DNA of 32,267 bases from Thraustochytrium aureum (Eukaryota). Below are positions 21,711-30,954 of this stretch, piece after piece. The notes beneath the pieces are model-generated. The model did not search any database. It had not been told where the DNA came from and worked only from the letters and a program-made list of their open reading frames with translations. Numbering within the stretch: the stretch's first letter is position 1; the number at the start of each line of letters is the position of its first letter. The stretch lies in the NCBI GenBank assembly GCA_012862495.1, contig BLSG01000137.1, positions 113,001 to 145,267 on the forward strand, written 5' to 3'. A program made the position numbers and the translations under genes.

Positions 21711-22574
21711 ATGGCGCTGGACGAGAGCGGGCGGCTGCCCTGGAGCGGCCTGCCGTATGACCTGCTCGCGCCGGGCGCGACCGGGGCGCCGCTGGCCGTG
21801 CTCGTTCACGGGTTTCGGAGCAACAAGCGGCACCTGCGAGAGCTCGCCGAGACGCTTCGCGCGACCGGCTGGGTGGTCTTGGTCGCAGACCTGCCCCCGC
21901 TCCTCGCGCTCCGCAAGGCGGCGCTGGAGGCGCTCAGGGAGGCGGCCGTCCAGAGCGTTGTGCAGAGTGTAGACTGGTTGCGGCAGCGCACCGAGGCGGC
22001 GGGCGACCCCCTCCGCGAGGCCGTCGACTGGGCACGCGTTGCCCTTGCAGGCCACTCTGCGGGCGGGGCCATCGCCGTCGAAGCCGCCTGTAGAATGCGG
22101 GGCGCTGTGCAGTGCCTCTTGCTCATGGATGCTGTGCCCTGGCAGCGCACGCTCACCGCGGTTTCTTCTAACGACTCGGAGGTCGCTCTCGAGGGCCTCA
22201 AGGCGGTGGGCTCGCTGCGCGCTCCGCCGTCCTCGATGAACGCGAACGGGCTCGGTCGACTCCTTGTTCCGCACTTTTCGCAAGCGGTCGACGTGCTTGT
22301 CCGCGTTGCTCGACACGGCGACTTTGCGCCTGGGCTGGCCGCCAACTCGTGCCAGCGAACGCTGCTTCGCCTCTTTGGGGTCCTGTCAGAGACGAGTACG
22401 ACCAAGATGTGCACGCAACTGAGTGCTGCCTTCCTCGAGTCGTTCCGCAGCGGCGACGCCGCGGCGTTCGAGCGCTTCTGCGCGGAATTCGGCGAGCGCG
22501 TCGTGGAGCACAGGGTGGGCCTCTCCCCGAGCGAGCCGCTGCCAAAACTGCCAACGAGTAGGTTTCTCAGCTGA
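21711..22574 (+). CDS. Alpha/beta-fold serine hydrolase, chlorophyllase-like (frame open from the ATG at 21381)
   Basis: PLAVLVHGF (oxyanion region), GWVVLVAD, VDWARVALAGHSAGG (nucleophile elbow GxSxG), LLLMDAV (Asp after strand 6) and HGDF (His). Confidence 0.85.
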   Translation: MALDESGRLPWSGLPYDLLAPGATGAPLAVLVHGFRSNKRHLRELAETLRATGWVVLVADLPPLLALRKAALEALREAAVQSVVQSVDWLRQRTEAAGDPLREAVDWARVALAGHSAGGAIAVEAACRMRGAVQCLLLMDAVPWQRTLTAVSSNDSEVALEGLKAVGSLRAPPSSMNANGLGRLLVPHFSQAVDVLVRVARHGDFAPGLAANSCQRTLLRLFGVLSETSTTKMCTQLSAAFLESFRSGDAAAFERFCAEFGERVVEHRVGLSPSEPLPKLPTSRFLS

Positions 22575-22732
22575 ACCCGCAGGAGCGATGCCGCGGCGCG
22601 TCGTGGCGCACGGGGTGGAAGGCTCAGTCGGGGGCTGCTGATGATCAAAAGACAAAGGGGTCGGATTGTGTAGGTTGTTTCGTCGCCCAGTTCTCAGCGC
22701 AACGCAGGTCTACTAGCTAGCTCCCGCGAGCG

Positions 22733-23339
22733 CTACCCGACGAGGCTGTCCAGAGAGCAATCGATCGTGCTGTTCACGTCGCGCGCTCTCGTGGCCGCGA
22801 CACCGAGGTATCGCACCTCGGCCTCCCCCTTGACGTTGACCTCGAGCGAGCCCTGGCCAAGGCAGTCACTCGCCAAGTTCCCCACCAGCTTTAACAAGTC
22901 CGCGAAGGCAATGTCGGGCACGATTGGCAAGCGGCATGCGCGACTCGTTCCGCTTGGGCAGCTCGACCGGAGCGAGGCCGTCTGGCAGTTTGACGTCCCC
23001 GAGCCTTATTCCTCTGTAGGTGAGCTCGCCGGTGAAGCGCTCGACATCGACGACCACCCAGTTGGGGTTGTTCACCACCGTGTCCACCTGCGCAGTAATC
23101 TGCAGCCCAGAGCCCAACTCCACGCTGGGCAGGCCGCCTTCGTTCGCAACGCCTCGAATTTCAACGTCCCTCGGCACGAGAAACCCAAGGAGCAGCGCCA
23201 CAGTCAGAAGCGCCAGCAGGCCAACGACAACGCACTGCTTGGTGTAGCAGCAGCTGGGGCACCGCCGCTTCGCTCCGCCCGTCGGCTGTCCGCGCCCGTG
23301 GGGGTTTTCCACGTCTCCATCCGCGTGCTTTGCCCACAT
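22733..23339 (-). CDS. Single-pass membrane protein with LEA_2/WHy (NDR1/HIN1- or TMEM106-like) domain; frameshift near 22928
   Basis: Cys cluster (CPSCC), TM helix VVVGLLALLTVALLLGFLVPR, NPN motif (VNNPNW), ELTYRG..LG and a beta-rich C-terminus. The C-terminus continues in ORF 22733-22930. Confidence 0.75.
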
Positions 23340-24493
23340 TTCCCTTCCTCAGCCCAACGCGAAGCCGCAGCAGTGGCCTGCGATGTTGGTTTGCCTGCAG
23401 CTGCTGGCTGGCCTGCACTGCCGATCACTTTCAATCAATCGAGACCTTGTTCGCTCGCTCGCTCGCTCGCTCGCTCTCGCTCGGTGGCCGAGTCTGCGAG
23501 CCCAAGAAGGGGGCAAATGTTGAATGTGGTCTGCCAAGTGCCAACTTCGGGGCTCGTGCNNNNNNNNNNNNNNNNNNNNNNNNNNNNNNNNNNNNNNNNN
23601 NNNNNNNNNNNNNNNNNNNNNNNNNNNNNNNNNNNNNNNNNNNNNNNNNNNNNNNNNNNNNNNNNNNNNNNNNNNNNNNNNNNNNNNNNNNNNNNNNNNN
23701 NNNNNNNNNNNNNNNNNNNNNNNNNNNNNNNNNNNNNNNNNNNNNNNNNNNNNNNNNNNNNNNNNNNNNNNNNNNNNNNNNNNNNNNNNNNNNNNNNNNN
23801 NNNNNNNNNNNNNNNNNNNNNNNNNNNNNNNNNNNNNNNNNNNNNNNNNNNNNNNNNNNNNNNNNNNNNNNNNNNNNNNNNNNNNNNNNNNNNNNNNNNN
23901 NNNNNNNNNNNNNNNNNNNNNNNNNNNNNNNNNNNNNNNNNNNNNNNNNNNNNNNNNNNNNNNNNNNNNNNNNNNNNNNNNNNNNNNNNNNNNNNNNNNN
24001 NNNNNNNNNNNNNNNNNNNNNNNNNNNNNNNNNNNNNNNNNNNNNNNNNNNNNNNNNNNNNNNNNNNNNNNNNNNNNNNNNNNNNNNNNNNNNNNNNNNN
24101 NNNNNNNNNNNNNNNNNNNNNNNNNNNNNNNNNNNNNNNNNNNNNNNNNNNNNNNNNNNNNNNNNNNNNNNNNNNNNNNNNNNNNNNNNNNNNNNNNNNN
24201 NNNNNNNNNNNNNNNNNNNNNNNNNNNNNNNNNNNNNNNNNNNNNNNNNNNNNNNNNNNNNNNNNNNNNNNNNNNNNNNNNNNNNNNNNNNNNNNNNNNN
24301 NNNNNNNNNNNNNNNNNNNNNNNNNNNNNNNNNNNNNNNNNNNNNNNNNNNNNNNNNNNNNNNNNNNNNNNNNNNNNNNNNNNNNNNNNNNNNNNNNNNN
24401 NNNNNNNNNNNNNNNNNNNNNNNNNNNNNNNNNNNNNNNNNNNNNNNNNNNNNNNNNNNNNNNNNNNNNNNNNNNNNNNNNNNNNNNNNNNNC

Positions 24494-25228
24494 GCTCGAG
24501 TCTTCGTGGCCCCCTTCGTGGACCACACGCTCCTCTCCGCCGACGCCACGCCGCGCGAGATCGAGCGCCTCTGCATGGAGGCCGTGCAGTACGGCTTCCA
24601 GGCCGTCTGCGTGAACGGCGCAAACGTGCGCCTCTGCCGCGAGGTGCTTGAGCGGGCCGGCAAAGAAGGCCAGGTCAAGATTTGCGCCGTGGTCGGGTTT
24701 CCGCTTGGCGCTAGCGCCTCGAGCGTCAAGGCCTTTGAGTGCATGCAGGCGATTGAGGACGGCGCCGTGGAGATTGACATGGTCATCAACGTCGGCCGCG
24801 TCAAGGCCCAGGACTGGGACTACGTGCTGCGCGACATCGCGGCCGTCGTCAGCGTATGCAAGCAGGGCGGCGCCATCTGCAAGGTCATCGTCGAGACCTC
24901 GCTTCTCACCGACGACGAGAAGCGCGCTGTCGCCAAGCTCTCCGCGCTCACGGGCGCCGACTTCGTCAAGACCTCCACCGGCTTCTCGACGGGCGGCGCC
25001 ACCGTGGATGACGTCAAGCTGCTCAAGCACAGCGTCATCGAGGCGTTCCGGCTCGTGCCAATGGACAGGGCCAACATGCCGGATGTCCAGATCAAGGCGA
25101 GCGGCGGCCTGAAGACCGCCGAGGAGGCTCTCAACATGCTCCGCGCCGGCGCAGACCGCCTCGGGACCTCGCGCGCGGCGAGCTGGTGCGCTGCGAGCGC
25201 CGAGCCAGCCGCGCCGGGTGCCTATTGA
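24494..25228 (+). CDS. deoC: Deoxyribose-phosphate aldolase (DERA), short type-1 form; start in gap 23560-24492
   Basis: DHTLL..DAT, VCVN, CAVVGFPLGA, GAVEIDMVINVG, KVIVET, GADFVKTSTGF (Schiff-base Lys), IKASGG and GADRLGTS. Confidence 0.96.
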   Translation, partial: ARVFVAPFVDHTLLSADATPREIERLCMEAVQYGFQAVCVNGANVRLCREVLERAGKEGQVKICAVVGFPLGASASSVKAFECMQAIEDGAVEIDMVINVGRVKAQDWDYVLRDIAAVVSVCKQGGAICKVIVETSLLTDDEKRAVAKLSALTGADFVKTSTGFSTGGATVDDVKLLKHSVIEAFRLVPMDRANMPDVQIKASGGLKTAEEALNMLRAGADRLGTSRAASWCAASAEPAAPGAY

Positions 25229-25248
25229 GCCAACGCCGCGTTTACTAA

Positions 25249-25338
25249 GCATCGCCGAGCAGTCGCTTTGCCCTGCCAAGCAAGGCCATGCGCATCGCCG
25301 AGCAGTCGCTTTGCCCTGCCAAGCAAGGCCATGCGCAT
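25249..25338. repeat. Exact 43-bp tandem duplication downstream of the DERA stop
   Basis: gcatcgccgagcagtcgctttgccctgccaagcaaggccatgc at 25249 and 25292, plus a partial gcat. Confidence 0.95.
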
Positions 25339-25388
25339 GGGCAACGCCAACGGCGGCCGACGCGCTCCAATGCCTTGCTCATGTTTCT

Positions 25389-26474
25389 TTACTCTACCAT
25401 GGCCCACGCCGCCAAGTTGAACCAGCGAGACCTCGGGCCGCTGCACAATCCTCTCCCTTGGTCAATATGAGGGGCTTCCACGCCCCCCGACGCGTGCGTG
25501 CGTGCGTGCGCTACGCAGTTGGCGGGCCCACGGCCGCCGTGGCCACCTGCCTCGGCGCTGCGTCGTCCACCTCCATGCGGACCGCGCCGCCAGCCGCCCC
25601 CTGCCTGCCAGTGCAGAGCGCAGAGCTCAGCTTGCGGCCCTTCCTTCGCCGGCTTCTGGCCGAAGACCACCACAGAATCTGGCAGAGCGGCGCTCGGACT
25701 GGCCAGGCCCACAAGGTGGTTGTTGGCCAGGTTTATCGCACAGCCTGCTGCAGCGAGGTCGGCAATCGCTGCAGGGACCTCGCAGAGCCGGTTTCCGTTC
25801 AGCTGCAGCCGCTTGAGGCCGCGAAGGCCGCGAATCGCGTCGTCGTCCAGAAACCGGCCGAGCGCGTTCGAGCTCAGCACGAGCTTGCCAAGCTTACCGA
25901 GTCTGCCCAGTGATGCGGGCAGCTCGACCAGCTGGTTCCCGCGCGCGTTGAGCGCCAAGAGCTCGCTCAGGTTGCCCAGCTCTTCTGGGAGGCGGGCGAT
26001 GCGGTTGTTGTCCAGCATGAGGACCTCCAGGCTGCATAGCGCGCCAAGTTCAGCCGGAACCGAGATGATTTGGTTGTTGGAGAGCTGCAGCGTCTTGAGG
26101 AGCTTGAGCGCTAGAACGCCGTTCCCGATCTCGGTTAGCTGGTTGTCTTCCGCGACGAGGCTTTCGAGCGAACCGGCCAGCTTGCCGAGCTCGTCAGGGA
26201 GGCTCGTCAGGTTGTTCCTGCCGAGGTCGAGGCTCGCGAGGCTTGGGCACGCGCTGAGCGCGCCGATGCCGCTCAGGTTCACCAAGCCGTTACCGTACAG
26301 CGACAGATGCACGAGGCTGCCGAGCCGCGCCACTTGCGCGGGCAGACACAGCACGTTCCTGATCGCCCCGCCGGGAAACTCGGCGCCGCGCCGCGCGAGA
26401 AACATCTCTCGTCTATCGTCCTCCTCGTCATCCAAGATCTGTCTGATCTTGCGCCCATCTTTTTTCACAAACAT
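25389..26474 (-). CDS. Leucine-rich repeat protein (about 8-9 LRRs); true stop may be 25511 after an indel
   Basis: Repeated LxxLxLxxNxLxxLPxxLG units (LVHLSLYGNGL, LASLDLGRNNL, LKTLQLSNNQI, LEVLMLDNNRI, LGKLVLSSNAL, LKRLQLNGNRL). The tail after ~25640 reads better in the frame ending at 25511 (AVRMEVDDAAP). Confidence 0.92.
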   Translation of the reverse strand: MFVKKDGRKIRQILDDEEDDRREMFLARRGAEFPGGAIRNVLCLPAQVARLGSLVHLSLYGNGLVNLSGIGALSACPSLASLDLGRNNLTSLPDELGKLAGSLESLVAEDNQLTEIGNGVLALKLLKTLQLSNNQIISVPAELGALCSLEVLMLDNNRIARLPEELGNLSELLALNARGNQLVELPASLGRLGKLGKLVLSSNALGRFLDDDAIRGLRGLKRLQLNGNRLCEVPAAIADLAAAGCAINLANNHLVGLASPSAALPDSVVVFGQKPAKEGPQAELCALHWQAGGGWRRGPHGGGRRSAEAGGHGGRGPANCVAHARTHASGGVEAPHIDQGRGLCSGPRSRWFNLAAWAMVE

Positions 26475-26857
26475 CGCCTCGTCCGTGCGCGCTGCGCCTN
26501 NNNNNNNNNNNNNNNNNNNNNNNNNNNNNNNNNNNNNNNNNNNNNNNNNNNNNNNNNNNNNNNNNNNNNNNNNNNNNNNNNNNNNNNNNNNNNNNNNNNN
26601 NNNNNNNNNNNNNNNNNNNNNNNNNNNNNNNNNNNNNNNNNNNNNNNNNNNNNNNNNNNNNNNNNNNNNNNNNNNNNNNNNNNNNNNNNNNNNNNNNNNN
26701 NNNNNNNNNNNNNNNNNNNNNNNNNNNNNNNNNNTCTAGGGGCCGGCGACCCTAACCCGCGCCCTAACCGCAGCGCGTTCTGCTAGCGTTCCTCTATTGT
26801 GCGGCCAGCAAGGCAGAGCCGGATTGGAGGTGGGCGCGGCAGAGCAGCAAGGCGCAC

Positions 26858-26931
26858 GGCAGGCAGGCGCGCAGGCAGGCAGGCAGGCAGGCAGGCAGGC
26901 GGGCGGCGGGCGGCGGGCGGGCAGGCAGGCA
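26858..26931 (+). repeat. (GCAG)n / GC-rich microsatellite tract abutting the IleRS start codon
   Basis: ggcaggcaggc...gcaggcaggcaggcaggcaggcaggcaggc...gcaggcaggcac directly precedes gATG at 26934. Confidence 0.9.
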
Positions 26932-26933
26932 CG

Positions 26934-29900
26934 ATGGCGTTCGAGCAGGTCCCCGACAAGCTGAGCTTTCCCGAGACGGAAGAGGAGGTGCTGGGCTGGT
27001 GGGAGGCGACCGACGCGTTCAGGACGAGCCTCAAGCAGTCGGCCGAGGAGAATCGACCCGAGTACACGTTCTACGACGGGCCGCCGTTCGCGACAGGGCT
27101 GCCGCACTATGGGCACCTGCTGGCCGGCACGATCAAGGACGTGGTGACGAGGTACGCGCACTTGAACGGGTTTCATGTGTCGCGGCGGTTTGGGTGGGAC
27201 TGCCACGGCCTCCCCGTCGAGTACGAGATCGACAAAAAGCTCGGCATCACGAGCAGCGACGACGTGGCCAAGATGGGCATCCGCGCTTACAACGCCGAGT
27301 GCCGCAGCATCGTGACCCGGTACTGCGGCGAGTGGGAGCGCGTGGTCAAGCGCATGGGGCGCTGGATCGACTTTGAAAATGACTACAAGACCATGGAGCC
27401 CTGGTACATGGAGTCGGTGTGGTGGGTCTTCAAGACCATCTTCGAGAAGAACCTCGTCTACAAGGGGTTTCGCGTCATGCCCTACTCGTTCGGGTGCACC
27501 ACCCCGCTGAGCAACTTTGAGGCGACCTCGAACTACAAGGACGTATCCGACCCCGCCGTCGTGGTCTCGTTCCCGCTCGTGGACGACCCCTCGGTCTCCT
27601 TCGTGGCCTGGACGACCACGCCCTGGACGCTCCCGAGCAACCTCGGCCTGTGCGTCAACCCCGAGATGGACTACGCCCAGATCAAAGACCTGGCGTCGGG
27701 CAAGCAGTACATCTTGGCCAAGGTGCGGCTTGGGGAGCTCTACCCCAAGATGAAGAAGCAAAAGGAAAAGTACAAGGTGGGCAGCGAGTTTGAGATCGTG
27801 GCCGAGATGAAGGGCGCCGAGCTGAAGGGCAAGCGCTACACGCCGCTGTTCCCGTACTTTGCCTCCCACCCGAATGCGTTCCAGGTCATGGTTGACAGCT
27901 ACGTGACGGACGACAGCGGTACCGGTGTCGTTCACCAAGCGCCGGCGTTTGGCGAGGATGATTACCGGGTCTGCATGGAGCACGGCGTGATCGTGGCCGG
28001 GGGCGACCTGCCCTGCCCCGTGGACGCAGACGGCCGCTTCACGGAGGAGGTTGCCGACTTTGTAGGCGTCAACGTCAAGGAGGCGGACAACGCCATCTGC
28101 GCCGCCATCAAGGACGCCGGCCGCCTCGTCAACAAGGGGTCCATCCTGCACAGCTACCCGTTCTGCTGGCGCTCGGACACCCCGCTCATCTACAAAGCCG
28201 TTCCGAGCTGGTTCGTCAAGCTGGACCCGATCAAGGACCAGCTGCTGGCCAACAACGACGAGACGTACTGGGTACCGAACAACGTCAAGGAGGGCCGCTT
28301 CCGCAACTGGCTCGTCAACGCGCGCGACTGGAACATCTCGCGCAACCGGTACTGGGGCACCCCGATCCCGATCTGGGCCAGCGAGGACGGCGAGGAGATC
28401 CTCGTCGTGGGCTCCATCAAGGAACTGGAGGAGCTCACCGGCACCTCGGTGACCGACATCCACCGCGAAAACATCGACGACCTCGAGATTCCCAGCAAGC
28501 AGGGCAAGGGCATGCTGCGCCGCATCCCCGAGGTCTTCGACTGCTGGTTCGAGTCGGGGTCGATGCCCTACGCGCAGATGCACTACCCCTTCGAGAACGT
28601 CGAGCGCTTCGAAAAGGGCTTCCCTGCCGATTTTATCGCCGAGGGCCTCGACCAAACCCGCGGGTGGTTTTACACTTTGATGGTGCTCTCAACCGCGCTC
28701 TTCGACCGCCCGGCCTTCAAGAACCTCATTGTGAATGGGCTCGTCCTCGCAGCCGACGGCAAGAAGATGAGCAAGCGCCTGAAAAACTACCCCGACCCTA
28801 TGAAGGTCGTCGACTCGTACGGCGCCGACGCGCTCCGGCTCTACCTGATCAACTCGCCCGTGGTGCGCGCCGAGCCGCTCAAGTTTGTCGAAGAGGGCGT
28901 GCTCCAAAACCTCAAGGAGATCTTCATCCCCTGGTTCAACGCGTACCGGTTCTTCGTGCAAAACGCGCAGCGCCTGGAGAGCGGCATCGAGGGCGGCTGG
29001 GTTTTTGATCGGGCCCAGGCCGACTCGCGTGCTCGGGCCTCCACCAACCTCATGGATCGGTGGATCCTCGCCGCGCTGCACGGCCTCGTAAAGTTTGTGC
29101 GGCAAGAGATGAACGCCTACCGGCTGTACACGGTCGTCCCGCGCCTCGTCAAGTTCATCACGAGCCTGACCAACTGGTACGTGCGGTTCAACCGGCTGCG
29201 CCTGAAGGGCGTCGACACGGACACGGAGGACACCAAGACGGGCCTCTCCACCCTCTACGTTGTCCTGGTCACGCTCAGCAAGCTCATGGCCCCGTTCACT
29301 CCCTTCTTCGCAGAGTACCTGTATCGCAAGCTGGTGCGCCCGCAGCGCGACAGTGAGGCGAGCGTCCACTTCCTGCGCCTCCCCGAGTTTGACGCTTCGC
29401 TCGTGGACGAAAAGATCGAGCGCACCATGGCCAACATGCAGGAGATCGTCTCCTGCGGCCGCAACGCGCGCGGGAACGACCTCCCGCTCAAGCGCCCGCT
29501 TCGCAAGGTCATCGTCGTGCACGAGGAGCAGTCTGTGCTCGACGACCTCAAGGCGCTCGAGCCCTACATCAAGCTCGAGCTCAACGTGCGCGAGGTCGAG
29601 TACTCGACCAAGGAAGAGGACTTTTGCCGCCTCAGCTGCAAGCTCAACGGTAGCGCCGAGAAGGACGGCGTCAAGCTCGGCAAGCGCCTCGGCAAGAGCA
29701 TGGGCCCCGTCAAGGCCGCCGTGGAGGGCCTCTCGCACCAGGAGGTGGCCAAGTTTCAGGTCTCTGGCGCCGTCAACGTCGAGGGCGTCGACCTGGACCT
29801 CGGCGACGTCTTCGTCAACCGCGACGTCATCGTGGATACGTCCGTTTACGCCGCCGAGTGCAGCTTTGTCACCAACATCACCGTCGTGCTCGACAAGTAC

Positions 29901-30425
29901 GTCGACAAAGCGCTGCTCGGCGAGCAGCTCGCGCGCGAGTTCACCAACGCGTGCAAAAGCTTCGCAAGGCCCTGGCGTGCAGGTTGGCGACGAGCTCGAC
30001 GTTTTTTCAAGCTTGAAGGCGCCGACGCGGTCGCGGTGCAGGAGCTTGGCGAGGCTCTCGTCGCCAACGCGGCTTACATTTCGAGCATGCTGAGGTGCTC
30101 GCCGCACGCGGCAAAGTACCGCCAGTCGTTTTCCCAGGTCGTCGGTGAGGCCAGCGACGAGGTCGGGGATGTGCGCCTCACGGTTACTCTCTGCCTGCCG
30201 GGCATCGCCTTGCTCCCTGACGAGGCGCTGGCCACGTCTCTCGGCGTCGAGCTCAAGATTGCCCGGGGCGTCGTGGCGGCGCTGTCCTCTATGAGCCCTT
30301 CTTGGCTCGCCAGCAACGCATCAACTTCGCTCGACCTGACCGTGGACGGGACCCTGCAGAAGCTTGAGCGTGGCAAGCACTATTTTCTCTCCGTCCAGGA
30401 GCTCGTGGAGGCCGCCTCGTCCTAG
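26934..30425 (+). CDS. IARS1: Isoleucyl-tRNA synthetase, cytosolic eukaryotic type
   Basis: FYDGPPFATGLPHYGH (HIGH), GWDCHGLPVE, AWTTTPWTLPSN (CP1 editing), GTGVVHQAPAFGEDD, DWNISRNRYWGTPIP, DCWFESGSMP, EGLDQTRGWF, KMSKR and NWYVRFNR. No evident targeting peptide. Confidence 0.98.
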   Translation: MAFEQVPDKLSFPETEEEVLGWWEATDAFRTSLKQSAEENRPEYTFYDGPPFATGLPHYGHLLAGTIKDVVTRYAHLNGFHVSRRFGWDCHGLPVEYEIDKKLGITSSDDVAKMGIRAYNAECRSIVTRYCGEWERVVKRMGRWIDFENDYKTMEPWYMESVWWVFKTIFEKNLVYKGFRVMPYSFGCTTPLSNFEATSNYKDVSDPAVVVSFPLVDDPSVSFVAWTTTPWTLPSNLGLCVNPEMDYAQIKDLASGKQYILAKVRLGELYPKMKKQKEKYKVGSEFEIVAEMKGAELKGKRYTPLFPYFASHPNAFQVMVDSYVTDDSGTGVVHQAPAFGEDDYRVCMEHGVIVAGGDLPCPVDADGRFTEEVADFVGVNVKEADNAICAAIKDAGRLVNKGSILHSYPFCWRSDTPLIYKAVPSWFVKLDPIKDQLLANNDETYWVPNNVKEGRFRNWLVNARDWNISRNRYWGTPIPIWASEDGEEILVVGSIKELEELTGTSVTDIHRENIDDLEIPSKQGKGMLRRIPEVFDCWFESGSMPYAQMHYPFENVERFEKGFPADFIAEGLDQTRGWFYTLMVLSTALFDRPAFKNLIVNGLVLAADGKKMSKRLKNYPDPMKVVDSYGADALRLYLINSPVVRAEPLKFVEEGVLQNLKEIFIPWFNAYRFFVQNAQRLESGIEGGWVFDRAQADSRARASTNLMDRWILAALHGLVKFVRQEMNAYRLYTVVPRLVKFITSLTNWYVRFNRLRLKGVDTDTEDTKTGLSTLYVVLVTLSKLMAPFTPFFAEYLYRKLVRPQRDSEASVHFLRLPEFDASLVDEKIERTMANMQEIVSCGRNARGNDLPLKRPLRKVIVVHEEQSVLDDLKALEPYIKLELNVREVEYSTKEEDFCRLSCKLNGSAEKDGVKLGKRLGKSMGPVKAAVEGLSHQEVAKFQVSGAVNVEGVDLDLGDVFVNRDVIVDTSVYAAECSFVTNITVVLDKYVDKALLGEQLAREFTNACKSFARPWRAGWRRARRFFKLEGADAVAVQELGEALVANAAYISSMLRCSPHAAKYRQSFSQVVGEASDEVGDVRLTVTLCLPGIALLPDEALATSLGVELKIARGVVAALSSMSPSWLASNASTSLDLTVDGTLQKLERGKHYFLSVQELVEAASS

Positions 30426-30954
30426 TCCGCCCGCCGGGAGAAAACCTGCTGGCGACCGCGGCAGACCGTGGTCTCCGCAATAGACAGCCAGCCAGCCAGC
30501 CATCCAACGAACGCGCAACTATCGATCCACAGCCCCTCCGCGTCCTCGTGCGCGAGCCTCGCATCGAGCCCGCATCGAGCTCGTTTCGTTTTGATTGAGC
30601 ACCTTGTTTTTTTCNNNNNNNNNNNNNNNNNNNNNNNNNNNNNNNNNNNNNNNNNNNNNNNNNNNNNNNNNNNNNNNNNNNNNNNNNNNNNNNNNNNNNN
30701 NNNNNNNNNNNNNNNNNNNNNNNNNNNNNNNNNNNNNNNNNNNNNNNNNNNNNNNNNNNNNNNNNNNNNNNNNNNNNNNNNNNNNNNNNNNNNNNNNNNN
30801 NNNNNNNNNNNNNNNNNNNNNNNNNNNNNNNNNNNNNNNNNNNNNNNNNNNNNNNNNNNNNNNNNNNNNNNNNNNNNNNNNNNNNNNNNNNNNNNNNNNN
30901 NNNNNNNNNNNNNNNNNNNNNNNNNNNNNNNNNNNNNNNNNNNNNNNNNNNNAG

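Noticed and set aside
28765..28779. KMSKR instead of KMSKS (and HYGH for HIGH) in IleRS
   Set aside because: Normal variants for eukaryotic cytosolic IleRS.
26736..30107. Long antisense ORFs opposite IleRS, and likewise opposite the myosin, DERA and LRR genes
   Set aside because: Expected shadow frames of strongly GC3-biased genes, with no recognisable motifs.
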